The notes under the pieces are model-generated. The model searched no databases. It was not told the DNA's origin and was given only the letters and a program-made list of their open reading frames with translations. DNA of 64,000 bases from the NCBI GenBank assembly GCA_963827655.1, contig CAWHCF010000010.1:85503-149502 (forward strand), in the 5' to 3' direction. Every line of letters begins with the position of its first letter. Position 1 is the first letter of the stretch. Origin of the DNA: an uncultured Acidobacteriota bacterium. GTDB taxonomy: Bacteria > Acidobacteriota > UBA6911. Shown here piece after piece: positions 11,170 to 20,955 of this stretch. The translations under genes and the position numbers were made by a program.

Positions 11170-14100
11170 ATGAAAAATTCGAAGAGTAACAACCGGGCAA
11201 GCGCCCGAATTGCCGTCTTTATTCTTGCTGGCCTTATCACGCTGGCCCTGGCCGCACAGCCTGGATGGGCGCAGACGGGAACGGGAACGGTTAAAGGAAC
11301 GGTACTGGACTCAAACCGTGCCATAGTCCCTGGAGCCGACATTACCATCACGAACGAGGAGACAAACATCTCGCGCAAGGCGATCAGCGCCGCCGAGGGG
11401 ACTTACTCCATAGGCGCCCTGTCTCCGGCCCCCTACGTGCTGGTGGTCGAGGCGCCGGGATTCAAGAAATGGTCGGGCAAGCTGGTGCTCGAGGTCGGTC
11501 AGACGGCGGTAGTCGACGCCGTTCTCCAGATCGGCGATATCTCCACCACCGTCGAGGTGGTCGGCGCCGCGCCGGTCATCACGACTCAGAGCGCAGAGAT
11601 CTCAGATGTCAAAGACGCCCAGCGCATCCGGCAGCTGCCGCTCAACGGCCGCGCCATCAGCAGCCTGTTTGACTTGACTCCCGGGGTCGAGGGCGGAGGA
11701 AACCCCCGGGTCAACGGTCTCAAGGTTGGTTCGGTCGAGATGTTGATGGACGGCATTTCGCTTGTGGATCGATTCGGCGGCGGCATCGCCCGGGTGCAGC
11801 CGGGGCTGGATACGATCCAGGAATTCCGGATCGAGACGGTCGGATCTAACGCCCAATACTCGCGGCCGGCCTCGATTACGCTGGTAACCAAGAGCGGAAC
11901 CAATAACTTTCACGGCAGTGCTTTCGAGACCCACCGGAACAACGCGGCCGGTCTGAGGTCGCGCCGCCGGCAAGACGGAGACACATCGTCCAAATTGATT
12001 CGGAATGAGTTCGGGGTCTCGGCCGGCGGGCCGGTTTATCTGGGTAGCTGGTACAACGGGCGCGACAAGAGCTTCTGGTTTGCCGCCTACGAGGGCCTGA
12101 GAAATCGCCAGGATAGTTTCGTCCAGAGTATTGTGCCGACAGCGGCCCTGTGGGCGGGTGACTTCAGCGGCATCGTCGACGCCAACGGCGACCGGACTCA
12201 CATCTACGATCCATTGACGACGGACGCGCGGGGTCTGCGCCAGCAATTTACTAATGACGTCATTCCCAGCACCAGAATCCACCCCTTCTACAAGACGATG
12301 CAGTCTCTCACCGCTCTGCCCACGAATACCGTGAATCCATATCAGGGAAACAACTTTGAGAAATTTTATCCAGACGTCCTCGACGTCAACACATTAACCC
12401 TGCGAGGCGACCACAAGTTCTCAGACAAGGATAACCTGACGGGAAGGTTCTCGCGCAGCGAGCGTCTCGCGCGCGTATTCGGAGGGGTTTTCGGCAATCC
12501 TCTGGAAACCCTCGACAATGGATTCGGCACCAGCCGGTCGGACGCCACGGTTTACAACACGTCGATCCGCGAGACCCACATCTTCTCTCCGAATTTTTTG
12601 AACGAGCTGCTACTGGCCGGACACCGCTCCAACAAGAGCTCCGGGACTCTGGCCGATTTCACCGACTGGGCCCAGGATCTGGGATTGCCCAACCCGTTTG
12701 CCACCCAGGGATGGCCCACCATGTACGCGGGCGATTTCCCCTGGGATGGAGACAATCGCAAGGACGAGATGCTTACGGCCTACGTCGTCGAGGACAACCT
12801 GAGCTGGGTCAAGGGCAAGCACTCGATGAAGTTCGGCGCCAGGGGCCGTTACGAATACAACAACGTGCGCGAATTACAGCAGGCTCAGGGCTCACACGAT
12901 TTTGGCGGCAGCTGGACGGCTTTGTATGACCCCGTCGGCGATCAGGCGGTTTCGTTCACGGGTGACGGCCTGGCCGGGATGGCTCTCGGGCTTCCCACCT
13001 ACTTGTCCAACCAGTATAACCGGGGCTATTTCTACTTCCAGCAGCAGGAGTTCGGCCTCTACTTCCATGATAGCTGGAAGGTCTCTCCCCGGCTGTCCCT
13101 GGAGCTGGGAGTTCGCTGGGACAAATGGACCGCGTACGACGAGAAGTACAACCGTCTGGTGAACGTGGATCTCGACAACTTTGCCAACAAGTTCGAGGTC
13201 ATCACGCCGAAGGATGTCCGCATGGAGGAGCTCTCAGGGAATCCCGCCGTCGGTGCTTGACTCCTGGGCGGCGCGAGGTCTCACATGGAGGACCGCGCGG
13301 GATGCGGGTTTGCCTGATAATCTGATCACGGGAGACAACAACAATTTTGCCCCGCGTATCGGTGCCGCTTTCAGGATCACCAACAAGACCGTCTTGCGCG
13401 GCGGGTATGGCGAGTACTTCTGGACCATGCCCCTTTCCCAGATCCTGCAGACATCGAGAACCAACCCTCCGCTCAACCTGAGATTCGAGAATCCACTCGA
13501 TGTTCTGGACGGAACCGACACTTTCGGTGTCCGAACCAGGCCCGGGTCGGAATTCTTCATCGGAAACGCCACGGTCGACACCGCGGGCATCGTTTCAATC
13601 CCCCCGGGGGCCCAATCGGTAATGCCATGGGACGCTCGCAACTGGAAAGACGGCCGCGCCCAGTCGTGGCACGTCAGCCTGGAACGCGAAGTGATGGGCG
13701 ATACCGCTCTTCGGCTGAGCTACATCGGCGATCACGGGAGGGATCTGGAACAGCGCTACGCGCTCAACAACCGGGAGGCAGAATTCAACTACGTGGCGCG
13801 CACCGGACAGAATCCTCCAGGCAACCGGGACTTGATGCGCGTCAATCCGAACTGGAACTTTGCGGCCGCCAATCGCACCGGATATTCCAATACGCATTCG
13901 GCGCAGGTTGAGATCGAGCGCAAATATTCCGCCGGCGTGGCCTTCCAGTTGTTCTACACCTTCACGCGATCCCTTACCACCACGGACGCCGGCGGGTTTA
14001 CCAGCGGCAATGGCGCCATAAACGCCACCGATGGCCAGTTTCAGGTGCCGGAGAACATCCAGCTTCTGGGCAATCCCAATCTCAGCTATGACGAGAGGCT

Positions 14101-14791
14101 TCGCCTCGGATACTACAACTCGACCAACATTCCCCCGCATCGGATCCGCTATAACGGGATCTTCGACCTCCCGTTCGGCCGGGGAAAACACTTCGGTGGG
14201 GATGTCTCACGCGGCTGGGACACCCTGATCGGCGGCTGGCAGATTGCCACTATCGGTGATTGGCGCAGCGGCCTGTGGAGGAGTGTTGGCAGCGGCCTCT
14301 ACTGGTTTGGCGATCCCACGCTCGCGGCCGATGAGCGCCTGGAGATGACCATTTTCGGCCGGCATCAGCGGCTGTGGTTCCGGGGAGATTTCGATCCGCG
14401 CCAGGCCACGAATGTCTCGCAGGACGCCTTGCAGGCTCTGGTGCCGGTAAACCGTGCCGAAAGAGTCCTGCGCCCGCTGGGAACGGCTTTCGACAACCGG
14501 CTACCGCAGACCCTGGCAAACGGCACCGTTCGGCAGACTCCCATCACCGACACCGTGAATCCGAACCCGAGGGCATTCTACCTCGGTCCGGGCAGCTGGA
14601 ATGTAGACCTCTCGCTGTTCAAAAACTTCAGCATCACAGAGAGGGTGAAGGCTCGATTCACGGCCGACTTCTTCAACTTCTTCAATCATCCGATCGACGG
14701 CGCGCCCAGTACAACCACGGGTCTGCAAGACTTGAGCGTCCAGGCCAACGAGCCTCGGATCATTCAGTTCTCGCTTCGTTTGGACTGGTAG
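11170..14791 (+). CDS. TonB-dependent receptor (CarboxypepD_reg-like N-domain + plug + barrel), copy 2, with one apparent frameshift near 13200-13260 (fragments 11071..13260 and 13181..14791)
   Basis: RBS GGAGAA is followed by ATG 11170 and a signal peptide (MKNSKSNNRASARIAVFILAGLITLALAAQPGWAQ). The two fragments join across ...PKDVRMEEL|...GIPPSVLDSWAARGLTW, collinear with copy 1. The GTG at 11071 used by the ORF track lies inside the upstream hairpin loop. Confidence 0.7.
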
Positions 14792-14804
14792 ACGATTCTT
14801 TGAG

Positions 14805-14860
14805 TCTTCGCGTCTTCGTGGTCAGCGCGTGAAAACAAGCGCACCACGAAGACGCGAAGA
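14805..14860. repeat. Conserved 18-bp-stem hairpin 3' of TBDR copy 2 (second copy of the 11051 element)
   Basis: Arms are identical to 11051..11106, and the loop differs at only a few positions. Confidence 0.6.
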
Positions 14861-14900
14861 AAGAACCCTTTCGTTAAGCTCGGTTTCGTTGGGCGGTCGC

Positions 14901-15293
14901 TCAGGCCGGCGTCCTTAGAGGAACCAACTGGGAGATCTCAACGGAGTTTGAGCCGCGCATGGCATGCCAGAGATCCCAGTCCGATTGCAGGCCGAGCCAG
15001 AAGTCCGCTGACATCCCCAGCACGCGCGCCAGCCGAAGTGCCGTGTCGGGCGTCACCGCCCGTTTTCCCCGGATGATCTCGTTCAGCCGCGGAAACGAAA
15101 CTCCCAGTCGTAACGCCAACTCCGACTGCGTAATTCCAAGAGGCTTGACAAACTCCTCGAGCAGCATCTCGCCGGGATGAGTAGGCGGACGGCGACGAGG
15201 CAGGCGGCGACGGATGAGCTCACCTGACCTGACTTGCTTCCCTGTTGTGGTACGACTCTTAGTGGTAGTCCGTGATCTCGACTTCGTAGGCAT
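14901..15293 (-). CDS. higA: HigA-family antitoxin (XRE-type HTH)
   Basis: The motif ...HPGEMLLEEFVKPLGITQSELALRLGVSFPRLNEIIRGKRAVTPDTALRLARVLGMSADFWLGLQSDWDL is the canonical HigA/VapI HTH_XRE signature. It lies immediately downstream of HigB. The tracked ORF extends 29 codons upstream to 15380; a start at the MPTKSRS methionine is more likely. Confidence 0.75.
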   Translation of the reverse strand: MPTKSRSRTTTKSRTTTGKQVRSGELIRRRLPRRRPPTHPGEMLLEEFVKPLGITQSELALRLGVSFPRLNEIIRGKRAVTPDTALRLARVLGMSADFWLGLQSDWDLWHAMRGSNSVEISQLVPLRTPA

Positions 15294-15552
15294 CTCCCGC
15301 CTCCCACCGAAAACAAAGGCGATACTGATTGTTGATCCTGATGCTGTGCTGCCCGCTACGGCCGCCGCGCAGTCCTTCAAGACGATTCCCCGCGGGAACG
15401 GCGAGTTCGAAGAGATCCTTCACGCGATTCACCTGATCCAGCTTCCTCTGAGCCACCTGCCATAAATCGCGCGGGCAGGCCCGTCGAGCTGCGGCGGTGT
15501 CAGCGCCATCAAAGATATCCGCGGTACCTCGGCCCCGGAAAGACCGTATCAC
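15259..15552 (-). CDS. higB: HigB-family toxin (RelE/ParE superfamily mRNA interferase)
   Basis: 97 aa beginning (GTG)IRSFRGRGTADIF and ending ...EAGDAYEVEITDYH, the HigB plasmid-maintenance-killer pattern. Toxin-first order with a downstream HigA is characteristic of higBA. Confidence 0.7.
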   Translation of the reverse strand: MIRSFRGRGTADIFDGADTAAARRACPRDLWQVAQRKLDQVNRVKDLFELAVPAGNRLEGLRGGRSGQHSIRINNQYRLCFRWEAGDAYEVEITDYH

Positions 15553-15559
15553 GGCTTAC

Positions 15560-15588
15560 ATTATAACGGGTGCCGGTATAACGCTCAA
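15560..15588 (-). promoter_or_regulatory. Putative sigma70-type promoter (TTGAGC - 17 nt - TATAAT) ending 8 nt upstream of the higB GTG, implying a leaderless or very short-leader transcript; contains direct GTTATA repeats (candidate HigA operator)
   Basis: Reverse complement of 15560..15588 reads TTGAGCGTTATACCGGCACCCGTTATAAT. No Shine-Dalgarno sequence lies between it and the start codon. Confidence 0.4.
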
Positions 15589-15733
15589 CGTCTTGGACGC
15601 GGCCACACCCTCGATCAGCCTGCGTCCCCTGGCCGGTACGTACACCTCGCCTGCCGACCAGCACGCACCGTTGTGGTCGCGCAAATGAGAAGCCGTCAGT
15701 CGGAACATATCACCCGAGCCGGTGGCGCCGCGT

Positions 15734-16474
15734 TTAATCGGCAGGGACGCGATACCAGTATCGGTACAACTCGCGAAAACCGAGTTTTTCATAGAGACGG
15801 CGCGCCGGGATGTTGGTTTCGACGACCTGGAGGTACGCGTGCTTGGCTCCGCGCTCTTGAGCCCAGTTCAGCATCGCCGTGACAAGCGCGGCGCCATGTC
15901 CGTGCTTACGGCGCGTGGGAGCGGTTACCAGATCAAAGAGCCCGAAGCAGTCCTGGCCCAGCACTCCTAATCCGATTGCGGCAACCTCCGTCCCTTCCGG
16001 CAACGATGCCAGGAGCCTCCCCCCAGGAATCCTCTGCAGCATTGTCTCATGGGTAAATTGCTGATCGCGCGCCACGCCATGGAAGCGACAGTAGAGATCC
16101 AGCCAGGTGTCAAGCGGCTCTTCCTTCAGTCGACGCGAGAGAGGTTGCAAGGTGTGCGCACTCTCCAGATCGAGCTGGAGCACCAGAGAGGGATCGACGA
16201 CTCTGTAGCCCCGGTCGGCGAGAACCTGGTCCAGCCTCCCAGGAGCCGTGATCGAGTTCAGCCTGAAGATGCAGGGCTGTTGCCGGGCACGATACAGTTC
16301 TTCGCATCGCTGAACATGCTCTTCCAGCGGCACAGCCGAGGGGTAAAGCGGATTGACCGAGTTCGCTCGTTTCGTGTAACCGCGGCTGAAGCGGATGAGC
16401 CAGCCGTCCAGCAGGACCTGCTCCAGCGCCGGCCATGCGTTCAATGACGCTTCTTCAATGCGCAGCGCGATCAT
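15734..16474 (-). CDS. GNAT-family N-acetyltransferase
   Basis: 246 aa. A C-terminal acetyl-CoA-binding-like core (LFDLVTAPTRRKHGHGAALVTAMLNWAQERGAKHAYLQVVETNIPARRLYEKLGF) matches the GNAT motif A/B region. Confidence 0.65.
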   Translation of the reverse strand: MIALRIEEASLNAWPALEQVLLDGWLIRFSRGYTKRANSVNPLYPSAVPLEEHVQRCEELYRARQQPCIFRLNSITAPGRLDQVLADRGYRVVDPSLVLQLDLESAHTLQPLSRRLKEEPLDTWLDLYCRFHGVARDQQFTHETMLQRIPGGRLLASLPEGTEVAAIGLGVLGQDCFGLFDLVTAPTRRKHGHGAALVTAMLNWAQERGAKHAYLQVVETNIPARRLYEKLGFRELYRYWYRVPAD

Positions 16475-16722
16475 GTGTGAGTCTGAATTGGATCAAGCAT
16501 TGAGCCGCTACCGGAGCGAGCGGGTTTTGCGAGGGGTAACCAGAGCCTGGCATGCAGATCTGTGACGCAGCGACAACCTGGAATCCGGCGGGGCGCTGCA
16601 CGCGCGTTAACCGGCTCTCTTTGAACCGCGTCTCTTATTCTTCCCTTGTCGAGCGTCAAGCCATTTCTTTAGCGATAGAGGACTCTCTCCTGATTGCCGG
16701 CCAGCCAGCAAGCCCGCGACTG

Positions 16723-16938
16723 TTAAATCTTCGTCCAGGTCCGGCCAATGGATGTAGCGCCGTCTCCGGCAATTTCATAATGATTCCGCTCTTGTGGAGT
16801 ACCATGCCAAAGGCGAGGAAACCAAACCAAAGGCACGATTATTGTCCGGCCATCCACCAGATCAACGGTTAAGGCGTCCTCGCTCATCGTCACGGATTGA
16901 GCTCGCGCTTCCTGTATCTCAACGGCCAAAGAATTCAT
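16723..16938 (-). CDS. DUF2442-family small protein
   Basis: 71 aa containing LTVDLVDGRTIIVPLVWFPRLWHGTPQERNHYEIAGDG, the DUF2442 signature. No DUF4160 partner was found. Confidence 0.55.
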   Translation of the reverse strand: MNSLAVEIQEARAQSVTMSEDALTVDLVDGRTIIVPLVWFPRLWHGTPQERNHYEIAGDGATSIGRTWTKI

Positions 16939-16959
16939 ACCAACTCCTAAGTAATCGCT

Positions 16960-17125
16960 GGTTAAGGATTTATAGATTCTATGCTCCCTGACTGGGCCGC
17001 CGGAGCATTGAAGGCAGCGTCCAGCGCCCCTCCGGGGCGCGTCTCTTTCGTGTCTGTGACCGGGGGCAGGCGCTCCGCTGGCCCCCGGCTAATTTCCTTC
17101 GCCCTTTCAGGGCGCGAGCTGGCGT
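16960..17125. repeat. Copy 3 (partial) of a dispersed ~200 bp non-coding repeat family (see 39880 and 43795)
   Basis: The segment ggatttatagat...ggagcattgaaggcagcgtccagcgcccctc...gggcgcgtctctttcg...ggctaatttccttcgccctttcagggcg aligns to 43850..44010 with high identity. Confidence 0.55.
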
Positions 17126-17142
17126 AACCACTCGTTCAGACC

Positions 17143-18016
17143 TCAGCGTTTCAGCGTCGTACCGATGTAGGCTTTCACCACGTCGACGACATATTCCTGA
17201 CAGGCTTCACCGGTTCTGGCGTCATAGGACCCGCCGTTGGTGATGTTGTTGGACAAAACCCGGATACCGAGAAACGGGATCTGGAAGAAGCCGGCAATCT
17301 GCGCCGCCGACGCGGTTTCCATTTCCTCGACCGAGGTGCCGTATTGACTGCGGAGCCGGTCGTATCCGATCGACTTCGCTGTTCCAGATCTCGCCGGATC
17401 CAATCACGCCTTCCACCACGCGTCCTTTCCGATAGAGATGCTTCACGCTGTTGGCGGCGGCGAGCAGTTGTTCGTTCGCCTCGAAGCGCCGCATGGTGCG
17501 CGCGTTCGGGTCTTCGCCGGCGCTACCCTCCGATGCCATCAGGTCCATCGGTTTCCATTCCAGAAAATCGCTGCCTTGCCCAGGCTTCCGGTAACCGGTT
17601 TTGAACGCCCCCAGATTGACGGAGTGCTTGCCCAGCACGATGTCGTAGACGTGTAACTCCGGGTCATGGCCGCCCGCGGTTCCCTGGTTGACGATCGCCA
17701 CTGGACGATAGCGTTCAGCAGCGATCGCCGTCGCTGCCGCGGAGTTCGACACGCCCTTCATGGTCTTGGAAACCACCACCGGGTAGCCGTCCAGCGTGCC
17801 GCGCCAGAATGTCCAGCCGGCGATTTTCTCCACGCTGACGTTGTCCAGACCGCCGGCAATTTTTTCCGTCTCTACGGGCATCGCGCCCTGTACGAGCACG
17901 GGACGCAACACCGGCATTCTACTGTCTGACGATCGAGTGATCCGGTCCGGGGCTCCGCACCCGCCCAGCAGCAGGTGGATCAACAGTGCCACGCTCATGA
18001 TGGATGCTTTTCTCAT
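17143..18016 (-). CDS. Periplasmic lipoprotein of the purine nucleoside phosphorylase / MTA-SAH nucleosidase (PNP_UDP_1) family, with an apparent frameshift near 17390 (fragments 17222..18088 and 17143..17403)
   Basis: Starts MRKASIMSVALLIHLLLGGCG (lipobox) and is preceded by RBS GGAGAG. Family motifs VNQGTAGG and SGEIWNSE are present, and the C-terminal piece ...FLGIRVLSNNITNGG continues in another frame. Confidence 0.6.
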
Positions 18017-18313
18017 CTGAGTCTCTCCGGAGGTTGCGGCAATTTCACCGCGCCCCGTTTCTGGCAGCGGGAAGACGCTGCCGCTCAAATCTTCGCGAAC
18101 TGGCCGGCGAGCGCGGTGAGGTCTGCCCGCGTCCAGCGACGATGCTTAACGAAGAATCGACCCAAGGTTCGCAAACCGTTGCCAATGAAGAAGCCGACAA
18201 CTGAGTATAATGCCACCCGGGGGATCTAAACATTCTCGTGAGTGGAACGTCAGCGATTCGGGACCGCTCCGAGTAGATCGCGCGGCAAAGCCGGAAAGAA
18301 ACTGCGAGACACC

Positions 18314-20689
18314 ATGAAGAGAACCAGGAAGTTCGCCTTCGCGGCGCTGTCCGTCGCCGGTCTGATGGCCTCGGCAGCAATACACAAGAGAGACCGGATC
18401 ACCCTTGCAGCACAGCCCGGTCTGGCGGCGCAGCTTCGTTCTGTTCAACCAAACCTCTTCCCGGACGGCGAGAGGAAGTCGCTGGCACGAATGCTGCGTA
18501 ATGACGCCGGGCGGCGGCGCGACGCGGCCAATCAGCGCGACGCGCAGGCGTGGGCCAAGGTGAAGTCCAGAAGCGATTGGGAGAAGTTTCGCGCTCCGCG
18601 GATAGACGCGCTGCGCAGGTCGCTGGGCCACTTCCCGGCGGCGCCGAAAACCGTGAACGCGCACGTGACCCGCACGCTGGACGGCGACGGCTACCGGATC
18701 GAGAACCTGGTCTATGAAAGCCGAAGCGGAGTGTTTGTTTCCGCGAATCTCTACCTGCCTCGAAGCCAGCAATCTCGTTTGCGGCCGACCGGGAAGCTTC
18801 CTGCCATCCTGATCATCCACAGCCATCACAATCCAAAGACGCAGGCCGAACTGCAGGACATGGGGATGACCTGGGCGCGGCAGGGCTGCGCAGTGCTGGT
18901 CATGGATCAACTCGGCTACGGCGACCGGCGCGAGCACGCGCCGGGTCCCAGACAGGACTACCGCTTTCGCTACATCAATAGCCTTCAGTTGTACCTCATC
19001 GGCGATAGTCTTACCGGCTGGATGGCGTGGGATGTGATGCGGGGTGTGGACCTGCTGCTCGGGCGCGAAGAGATCGACAGGAATAAAGTGATCCTCATGG
19101 GCGCGGTCGCGGGCGGCGGCGACCCGGCAGCCGTGGTGGCGGCGCTCGACCCGCGCATCAGCTGCGTTGTCCCCTTCAACTTCGGCGGGCCTGAACCGGA
19201 AAGCCCGTACCCATTGCCCGCCGATGCCGAGACGACCTTCAACTACATGGGAGACGGCTCCTGGGAGTCCACACGCTGCTTGCGGCTCAGCGGGCGCGAC
19301 GGCTTCCTCCCCTGGGTCACGGTTGCGTCGGTGGCGCCTCGCCATCTGATCTACGCCCATGAGTTCAGCTGGGATAGAGAGCACGATCCGGTATGGAAGC
19401 GCCTGCAAAAGGTCTTTGACTTTTACGGTTCGCAAAGGCTTGCGTTCGCCCACGGCGCCGGCTTGCTCTCCGGACGACCTCCCGAGGCGACGCACTGCAA
19501 CAACATCGGCGCGGTGCATCGCAAAATGATTTACCCGCCGCTCGAGCGATGGTTTGGCATCGCGGCACCGGAGCAGGATTACCAGCAGCGCCACCGGGAC
19601 GAGGATCTGACGTCCTTTACGCCGGAACTTGCCTCGAAGCTGAAGCCGCGACCGATGCATGAATTGTTCGGCGAGATCGGCGCGTCTCGTGCCACTACCA
19701 TGCGCGTCCAACTCAGTAAACTTCCCGCTAATGAGCAGCGGCAACGATTGCGCCAGGAATGGGCCAGGTTGCTCGGCAACATCGAACCCGTGACGGCATC
19801 GGAGATTTCAAAGGCTGGATCTGAAATCGGGAACCACAAACCAATGATCCAGATCGAGCGCATCGTGTTGGAGATGGAACCGAACATCGTCGTGCCTATG
19901 CTGCTCCTGTTGCCGGAACCCCCGGCAAGTAAGGAATTACCCCTGGTGGTTGGCCTCTCGCAGGAGGGCAAAGAAAAGTTCCTGAGCGAAAACGCCGACG
20001 CGATCGCCGAGCTGCTGGCGCGCAATGTCGCCGTCTGCCTGCCCGACCTTCGCGGCACGGGTGAGACGAGGCCCGACTCGCCCCGCGACCGTCAGACTGA
20101 AGCTACGTCCGTTTCGGCAACCGAGTTGATGCTGGGACAGACGCTGCTCGGCTCCAGGCTGCGCGACCTGCGGTCCGTCCTGCGCTACCTGCGCGCGCGG
20201 GGCGATATGAAGTTTCAGCGGATCGCCCTGTGGGGCGATTCCTTCGCGCCGGTAAACCCGGCGCAGTTCACTGACCCGGTGATGGGCGAGGGCGAAGGTC
20301 CGCCGCAGTCTGAACCCCTCGGCGGGCTGCTCGCGCTGTTCGGGGCACTGTATGAAGACTCGGTTCACTCGGTTGTGGCGCGCCGCACGCTGGCAGGTTA
20401 TCAGTCGGTGCTGCACGACCGTTTCTGTTACATCCCGCACGATGCCATTGTGCCCGGGGCGCTGACGGCGGGCGATCTATGCGACGTGGCCGCAGCCCTG
20501 GCGCCGCGTACGCTGCGGCTGGAGGGACTGGTGGATGGACGCAATCGCCTGATGGAAGCGCAAGATCTGCGCCGCCTCTTCGAACCGACCGTGCAGGCCT
20601 ATCGCGCGACGTCCGACAAACTGCTCCTGACGCCCGGAGGGGGCGACAGCATTGCCGCCTGGTTGGTGAATTCGCTGAATACGCCGTAA
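18314..20689 (+). CDS. Secreted tandem alpha/beta-hydrolase (acetylxylan esterase / dienelactone hydrolase-like, two domains)
   Basis: Signal peptide MKRTRKFAFAALSVAGLMASAA. Two a/b-hydrolase regions, each with a nucleophile-elbow-like G-x-S/A-x-G (LMGAVAGGGD, ALWGDSFA). The tracked ORF begins 24 codons upstream at 18242. Confidence 0.55.
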   Translation: MKRTRKFAFAALSVAGLMASAAIHKRDRITLAAQPGLAAQLRSVQPNLFPDGERKSLARMLRNDAGRRRDAANQRDAQAWAKVKSRSDWEKFRAPRIDALRRSLGHFPAAPKTVNAHVTRTLDGDGYRIENLVYESRSGVFVSANLYLPRSQQSRLRPTGKLPAILIIHSHHNPKTQAELQDMGMTWARQGCAVLVMDQLGYGDRREHAPGPRQDYRFRYINSLQLYLIGDSLTGWMAWDVMRGVDLLLGREEIDRNKVILMGAVAGGGDPAAVVAALDPRISCVVPFNFGGPEPESPYPLPADAETTFNYMGDGSWESTRCLRLSGRDGFLPWVTVASVAPRHLIYAHEFSWDREHDPVWKRLQKVFDFYGSQRLAFAHGAGLLSGRPPEATHCNNIGAVHRKMIYPPLERWFGIAAPEQDYQQRHRDEDLTSFTPELASKLKPRPMHELFGEIGASRATTMRVQLSKLPANEQRQRLRQEWARLLGNIEPVTASEISKAGSEIGNHKPMIQIERIVLEMEPNIVVPMLLLLPEPPASKELPLVVGLSQEGKEKFLSENADAIAELLARNVAVCLPDLRGTGETRPDSPRDRQTEATSVSATELMLGQTLLGSRLRDLRSVLRYLRARGDMKFQRIALWGDSFAPVNPAQFTDPVMGEGEGPPQSEPLGGLLALFGALYEDSVHSVVARRTLAGYQSVLHDRFCYIPHDAIVPGALTAGDLCDVAAALAPRTLRLEGLVDGRNRLMEAQDLRRLFEPTVQAYRATSDKLLLTPGGGDSIAAWLVNSLNTP

Positions 20690-20955
20690 CAGCGCCGGTT
20701 GACCAGCAACGATCAACCACCAAGACTCAAAGACTCGAAAAAACACCAAGGCCAGGCTCGTGGTGAATGCCACAAAGACAAGGAGCCGCGACGCTCCGCC
20801 GGTGTCCGATTCTGCTTAGCCGAATCCCACAACCGGGCACGCTGGTCGCAGAACCGCTGCTGGTTCTGGCCCAATCTCCATGTAATCTGTTGCTTGCAGG
20901 CGCCGATGCTGGCATGGAAGTTGCTTTGACGCTGACTTACGGGCAGGGAGGATTT

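Noticed and set aside
18146-19744. 532-codon ORF on the minus strand
   Set aside because: Entirely antisense to the well-supported acetylxylan-esterase-like gene (18314..20689). It is Arg/Ala/Pro-rich with no family match, the usual high-GC antisense artefact.
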